Below, piece after piece: positions 29,757-33,189 of a stretch of DNA of 33,189 nt (position 1 is the stretch's first letter; every line of letters starts with the position of its first letter). Below the pieces are notes generated by a model. It ran no database searches, had not been told where the DNA came from, and saw only the letters and a list, made by a program, of their open reading frames with translations. The DNA is from a virus. Lineage: Duplodnaviria; Caudoviricetes. The stretch is from IMG/VR virus record IMGVR_UViG_3300017784_007580, positions 1 through 33,189 of that record. The stretch is one strand, 5' to 3'. The translations under genes and the position numbers were made by a program.

Positions 29757-30265
29757 TAAGATTTCCAGTGGTTATTTGGTTGCTCCCACCAAAAATGAAG
29801 ATCTTCTTGTGTGTTATCATAGTATAAACTGACAAAATCACTTTTGAAAGAGCTGTAAATATTCTCGCAAAGTGCTATTGTATAGATATTCCCTTTTATT
29901 GTAGGTTTCATAACTTCAGTAATCCAAGTATAATTACTTCCACGAATAACACCTGCCTCAATTAATACAAAGTTAGCCCACTTTTCTTGCCATTTTATAA
30001 AGTTTTGATTAAATTCACTTTTATAATCTTCTGGTGCTTCATCTGGAAATGGTACGTTGACTGATTCAATATGAAAAATCTCCCCATCCATTGTTAATGA
30101 ATGTGAGAGATGTTGTGTTACAATTGCAGAGTAGTCTGGTGATACCATTAAGAAGCAAGTATCTCTTGGGTGAATATTTAAATTCTCCATTTTTAATTTA
30201 TATGTCATTTCTTGAATAAGAGATTTTTCAATATCTTCAGATATAAACATAAGTTTTTTTATCAT
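29756..30265 (-). CDS. Phosphoribosyltransferase-fold-like hypothetical protein
   Basis: FVLIEAGVIRGSNY resembles a degenerate PRPP-binding loop; C-terminal FWWE recalls the PW(E) end of small type I PRTases. Confidence 0.55.
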   Translation of the reverse strand: MIKKLMFISEDIEKSLIQEMTYKLKMENLNIHPRDTCFLMVSPDYSAIVTQHLSHSLTMDGEIFHIESVNVPFPDEAPEDYKSEFNQNFIKWQEKWANFVLIEAGVIRGSNYTWITEVMKPTIKGNIYTIALCENIYSSFKSDFVSLYYDNTQEDLHFWWEQPNNHWKS

Positions 30266-30297
30266 TTACTCTACCCCCCCCCAGACTTACTTTCAAT

Positions 30298-30304
30298 TAT
30301 TTAG
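30298..30304 (-). promoter_or_regulatory. Probable late promoter
   Basis: CTAAATA in the intergenic gap upstream of the 169-aa ORF. Confidence 0.5.
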
Positions 30305-30316
30305 TTTGATTAAGTA

Positions 30317-30460
30317 TTACCTACCTTGACCTTTATATCTTTTTTTAGAACCATTTCTAGATGATGCTGAAAGTTTAGTCATATGTGATGCACCTTGCCT
30401 AGTTTTTTTAACTTTACTAGTAATAAGTTTATCTGAACTTAGTGAAGGTCTTTTTGCCAT
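30317..30460 (-). CDS. Small very basic protein (47 aa; not in ORF track)
   Basis: AGGAG RBS then MAKRPSLSSDKLITSKVKKTRQGASHMTKLSASSRNGSKKRYKGQGR*. Confidence 0.8.
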   Translation of the reverse strand: MAKRPSLSSDKLITSKVKKTRQGASHMTKLSASSRNGSKKRYKGQGR

Positions 30461-30471
30461 AATTCAATCTC

Positions 30472-30627
30472 CTATGATTTTATACATTCAATTACAAGTT
30501 CTTCTGGTTTAGGAGAACCTGTATTATAATATTGCTCTGAAAGTTCATCCATAATATCAAACATATCATCCTCAGTTAGATCCATATAAATTATAGAATT
30601 CTGATGTAAAATATTATAAGTGTCCAT
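30472..30627 (-). CDS. Small acidic protein (51 aa; not in ORF track)
   Basis: TAATG-coupled to the upstream stop; MDTYNILHQNSIIYMDLTEDDMFDIMDELSEQYYNTGSPKPEELVIECIKS*. Confidence 0.8.
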   Translation of the reverse strand: MDTYNILHQNSIIYMDLTEDDMFDIMDELSEQYYNTGSPKPEELVIECIKS

Positions 30628-31388
30628 TAGATTACACGCATTTTTTCATGTCCAACTCTAATTTGTGGATGACACCAAATATCAAAGTTACATTTCCTTT
30701 TTGCATCAAGACAGAATGATACATCTTCACCACACATATCTTGAACTTCACCAGAATCAAATACTTGCATTTGTGGAGCAAACCAAGGATACTTCATTTC
30801 AGGATGTTCAAATACTCCTTTCTTAATCAGAGTCCAACCAAATCCAGTATAATCTACTGTAAATGGTTTCTTCCTATTTGTAATAGTATCTACCATCTCA
30901 TGATTCATGACTCCACCATTATTCTTAAAGTCTGCTTCATCCAACCAATGTGCTACTGAAGTAGTTCTACCATCCTCAGTTGCATACCAACCACAAGCAA
31001 TATCTTTATCCATATCAAAAACTGCCCAAAATGCAGATGAATTGAATACAATGTCAGAGTCAATCCACATCTGATAATCATAAACTAAATTACCTTGCCA
31101 TGGTACTTGATCAGGACCTGCAAGTACATTCGCACCAAGACATTTACATCTTGCAAAGTTTACCATAGAACTATAGTCTTGGCTAATTTGTATAGATGCT
31201 CCTGCTTGTACTAAATCAAAACACAACTGAACAAAACTTTTTAAAAATGCATATGATACTCCACGACCTGGTAAACAGAATACTATACTTTTTCCTCTAA
31301 TTCTTTCTAAACAACGTTCCTTATTAAAAAGAGGAACTTCTTCCTTTTCTGGTGTTGTTTTAGCTTTAACAGTAAATCCTTTTGACAT
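30627..31388 (-). CDS. GT-A fold glycosyltransferase-like protein
   Basis: VNFAR, YDYQMWIDSD (DXD), GFGWTLIKKGVFE, GEDVSFC and VGH motifs. Confidence 0.8.
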   Translation of the reverse strand: MSKGFTVKAKTTPEKEEVPLFNKERCLERIRGKSIVFCLPGRGVSYAFLKSFVQLCFDLVQAGASIQISQDYSSMVNFARCKCLGANVLAGPDQVPWQGNLVYDYQMWIDSDIVFNSSAFWAVFDMDKDIACGWYATEDGRTTSVAHWLDEADFKNNGGVMNHEMVDTITNRKKPFTVDYTGFGWTLIKKGVFEHPEMKYPWFAPQMQVFDSGEVQDMCGEDVSFCLDAKRKCNFDIWCHPQIRVGHEKMRVI

Positions 31389-31428
31389 AATTTAATTCAA
31401 TTCTGAATGTGTATATTGTATCAATTCA

Positions 31429-31457
31429 ATGATACTACATTATTTATTTCCTGTCAA
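31429..31457 (-). promoter_or_regulatory. Sigma70-type promoter with nested late promoter
   Basis: TTGACA (31452-31457), 17 bp, TATCAT (31429-31434); AATAAATA at 31441-31448 within the spacer. Confidence 0.7.
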
Positions 31458-31599
31458 GAGGGTAGGGTTTAGTTTCTCCTCTAAAAGAGAATGGGGTCTT
31501 ATCATAATACTTAGAGAGAAAGGTGTCGTCACAAATACCATCAAAGTACTCATACATCAACAAACAACAAATGCTCTTAAAGTGTATTGTATAATTCAT
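31444..31599 (-). CDS. Possible small ORF (51 aa) or +1 frame continuation of the 65-aa ORF
   Basis: MNYTIHFKSICCLLMYEYFDGICDDTFLSKYYDKTPFSFRGETKPYPLDRK* fills the gap; weak RBS. Confidence 0.3.
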   Translation of the reverse strand: MNYTIHFKSICCLLMYEYFDGICDDTFLSKYYDKTPFSFRGETKPYPLDRK

Positions 31600-31774
31600 C
31601 CCTATTCAAATATCTCATAGTATTCTCTGTAGATGTAATTGTAAACTCTGTCAATTGATATGTTGTAGATAATCCTGCATGTATCATATTGGAAATATCA
31701 GTGAGTGCTTCCTTGCATTCTGCAAATGAACCTTCACAAAATGTCCTGTCTTTTGCAATTAATCTGTAAATCAT
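31577..31774 (-). CDS. Hypothetical protein (65 aa)
   Basis: Same strand as neighbours; ATGA overlap with the upstream ORF. Confidence 0.6.
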   Translation of the reverse strand: MIYRLIAKDRTFCEGSFAECKEALTDISNMIHAGLSTTYQLTEFTITSTENTMRYLNRDELYNTL

Positions 31775-31959
31775 TTGCTTAATTTTTTTTTATATTTCAT
31801 ATTTTTTCCCACAAGAAATTTTTTTATATAGTGCCTTAACATAATATTAATCCCCTCCCCTAGGCAAATTATACAATACTGCAATTCATCCAAAATATTT
31901 AAATATCTTGATTTTTTTTGGTGGGAAATTTTTTTATTATCTTGATATATCTCTCTCAA
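31771..31959 (-). CDS. Doubtful hypothetical protein (62 aa)
   Basis: TTG start and A-tract-dominated sequence; supported only by the ATGA overlap. Confidence 0.3.
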   Translation of the reverse strand: MREIYQDNKKISHQKKSRYLNILDELQYCIICLGEGINIMLRHYIKKFLVGKNMKYKKKLSK

Positions 31960-32100
31960 ATTGTCACCTCTGTAGGTTAGGGGAGTCTTTGGATTTTCGC
32001 ATTACCAACAATAACAAATAATAATAATTACATACCACTGCTATTCACTGTAACACAGTATTGTTTAATTGTAAATATGAGCACTGTTTATTTGTAGATT

Positions 32101-32295
32101 ATAATAAACAACACTGATTTATCACTGATAATGAAAAAGAATGTTCACTGATAATAAACAAACAACACTGTATGTATACTTAGAATGAACTGAAAGAATA
32201 CTAATTAATACTGAATGCTATTTGTTATTAACTGAATGTAATTAATAGTTGATGATAATAATAAACAACACTGATTTATCACTGATAATGAAAAA
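32101..32295. repeat. 38-bp perfect direct repeat (2 copies) plus partial copy
   Basis: ataataaacaacactgatttatcactgataatgaaaaa at 32101-32138 and 32258-32295; related sequence at 32146-32170. Confidence 0.92.
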
Positions 32296-32302
32296 CTTAG
32301 AA

Positions 32303-32408
32303 TACCTGTGGAAAACTGTGATTTAACTGATTTACACTGTGGGGAAAACTAATGATTCACAGTATTACACAGGTTGATTCACTATTGATTCACAGTTTTC
32401 CACAGGTA
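32303..32408. repeat. 19-bp perfect inverted repeat, each arm containing a TTTTCCACA box
   Basis: tacctgtggaaaactgtga (32303-32321) / tcacagttttccacaggta (32390-32408). Confidence 0.9.
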
Positions 32409-32682
32409 CTTATATACTTTTCCACAGGGTATATATACTCATTGACACTGAAACACTTTGCTATTACTGGGAATTCACTAAGTATTAGGCAGTGCCTGTG
32501 GAAAAGTAAACTATGAGGTTCATTACTTTTCCCCCCTTGGGCTTGACAATCATTCAGTGCTGTGTTATAATAATCACGCCAAGATCACTAGAAGTACAGA
32601 CATTTATACACATTACTGAACAAGTCATAATTCACTAATAATTATCTACTTTTTCCACAGATATACCCTTACCTGTGGAAAA
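32307..32682. promoter_or_regulatory. Cluster of six TTTTCCACA (DnaA-box-like) sites; candidate replication origin
   Basis: Boxes at 32307(-), 32396(+), 32418(+), 32497(-), 32651(+) and 32674(-) in non-coding DNA; origin function inferred. Confidence 0.7.
32543..32571 (+). promoter_or_regulatory. Consensus sigma70 promoter, opposite to gene direction
   Basis: TTGACA, 17 bp, TATAAT with extended -10 TG. Confidence 0.8.
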
Positions 32683-32902
32683 CTACTATACATTAATTAA
32701 TACATTTTAATATTACAATACAATACTCACGGAATATAACATATAAGTCAATGAGTATCATATCTCTTCTGTATAATGTAATCATCAAGACAATCATATA
32801 ACAACTGAATAGCAATTAGATTAGTATCAGTGAGGGACTTACATTTACATTTAGACTTAAGACGAGATCTTAGTTCAGTTGCTAGATCTAAATTAGATTG
32901 TG

Positions 32903-33133
32903 TCATGAAGAGGTTTGTTGAAGTTCGGGGAGTTTATATCTATGAATACCTTTAGCCCTTTCTTCCTTCTCTAATCTTCTCATTTCTTTCCAATGAGGAT
33001 TATTCTCTTTAAGTTGTTGAGTAGTAGGTATTAAATCATGAGGTCTATATGCTTGTTGAAGATACAAATAGAATGCTATATTATTAGCAGATTCATTTGT
33101 TCCTTCTATCCAAGGGATCATACATTCTTTCAT
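32903..33133 (-). CDS. Hypothetical protein (76 aa)
   Basis: ATG-initiated ORF on the coding strand; no recognised motif. Confidence 0.55.
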   Translation of the reverse strand: MKECMIPWIEGTNESANNIAFYLYLQQAYRPHDLIPTTQQLKENNPHWKEMRRLEKEERAKGIHRYKLPELQQTSS

Positions 33134-33189
33134 AGATTGTTTTGAATATCACTGATGATTTGATTTGCTTTAACTGCTAATTGATCTAT

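Noticed and set aside
92-30959. Many + strand ORFs in the track (e.g. 92-310, 2460-2819, 5630-5977, 9666-9995, 19776-20192, 20790-21305)
   Set aside because: Antisense shadows of well-supported minus-strand genes; no RBS or motifs, and explained by codon bias
31429-31620. + strand 63-aa ORF
   Set aside because: Opposes the operon and overlaps a minus-strand promoter and ORF
32101-32295. CRISPR mini-array interpretation of the 38-bp repeats
   Set aside because: Only two copies, a 119-bp spacer that itself contains repeat fragments, and no cas genes
32442-32470. Second TTGACA on the + strand
   Set aside because: No acceptable -10 element at 16-18 bp spacing
32865-32890. AGATCT...AGATCT hairpin as a terminator for the 76-aa gene
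   Set aside because: Weak bulged stem with no clear U-tract on either strand
1-33189. Stop-codon reassignment, tRNA genes or a DGR
   Set aside because: Very long ORFs are intact in the standard code; no cloverleaf, reverse transcriptase or adenine-variable repeat pair was seen

Overview
AT-rich 33 kb segment of a T4-like (cyanomyovirus-type) phage genome. Essentially all genes are on the minus strand and form the virion morphogenesis cluster. In transcription order: small ORFs, a GT-A glycosyltransferase-like gene, a PRTase-like gene, gp25, gp6, a gp7-like giant apparently split in two, gp8, a VrlC/DUF4815-like 2149-aa structural protein, a possible NblA-like gene, gp13, gp14, gp15, gp16, a 448-aa modular protein, gp17 and the 5' end of gp18. 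Several intergenic gaps carry T4-type late promoter boxes (TAAATA core). Two features stand out. First, a ~0.9 kb non-coding region at the right end holds six perfect TTTTCCACA boxes (cyanobacterial-type DnaA box), a 19-bp inverted repeat, a 38-bp direct repeat and a consensus sigma70 promoter firing against the genes; this is a candidate host-DnaA/R-loop replication origin. Second, the 448-aa ORF between gp16 and gp17 looks like a polyprotein of small basic Cys-containing modules separated by prohead-protease-type sites, with an internal T4 capsid-targeting-like sequence. All gene calls rest on recognised motifs and synteny; no database search was run.
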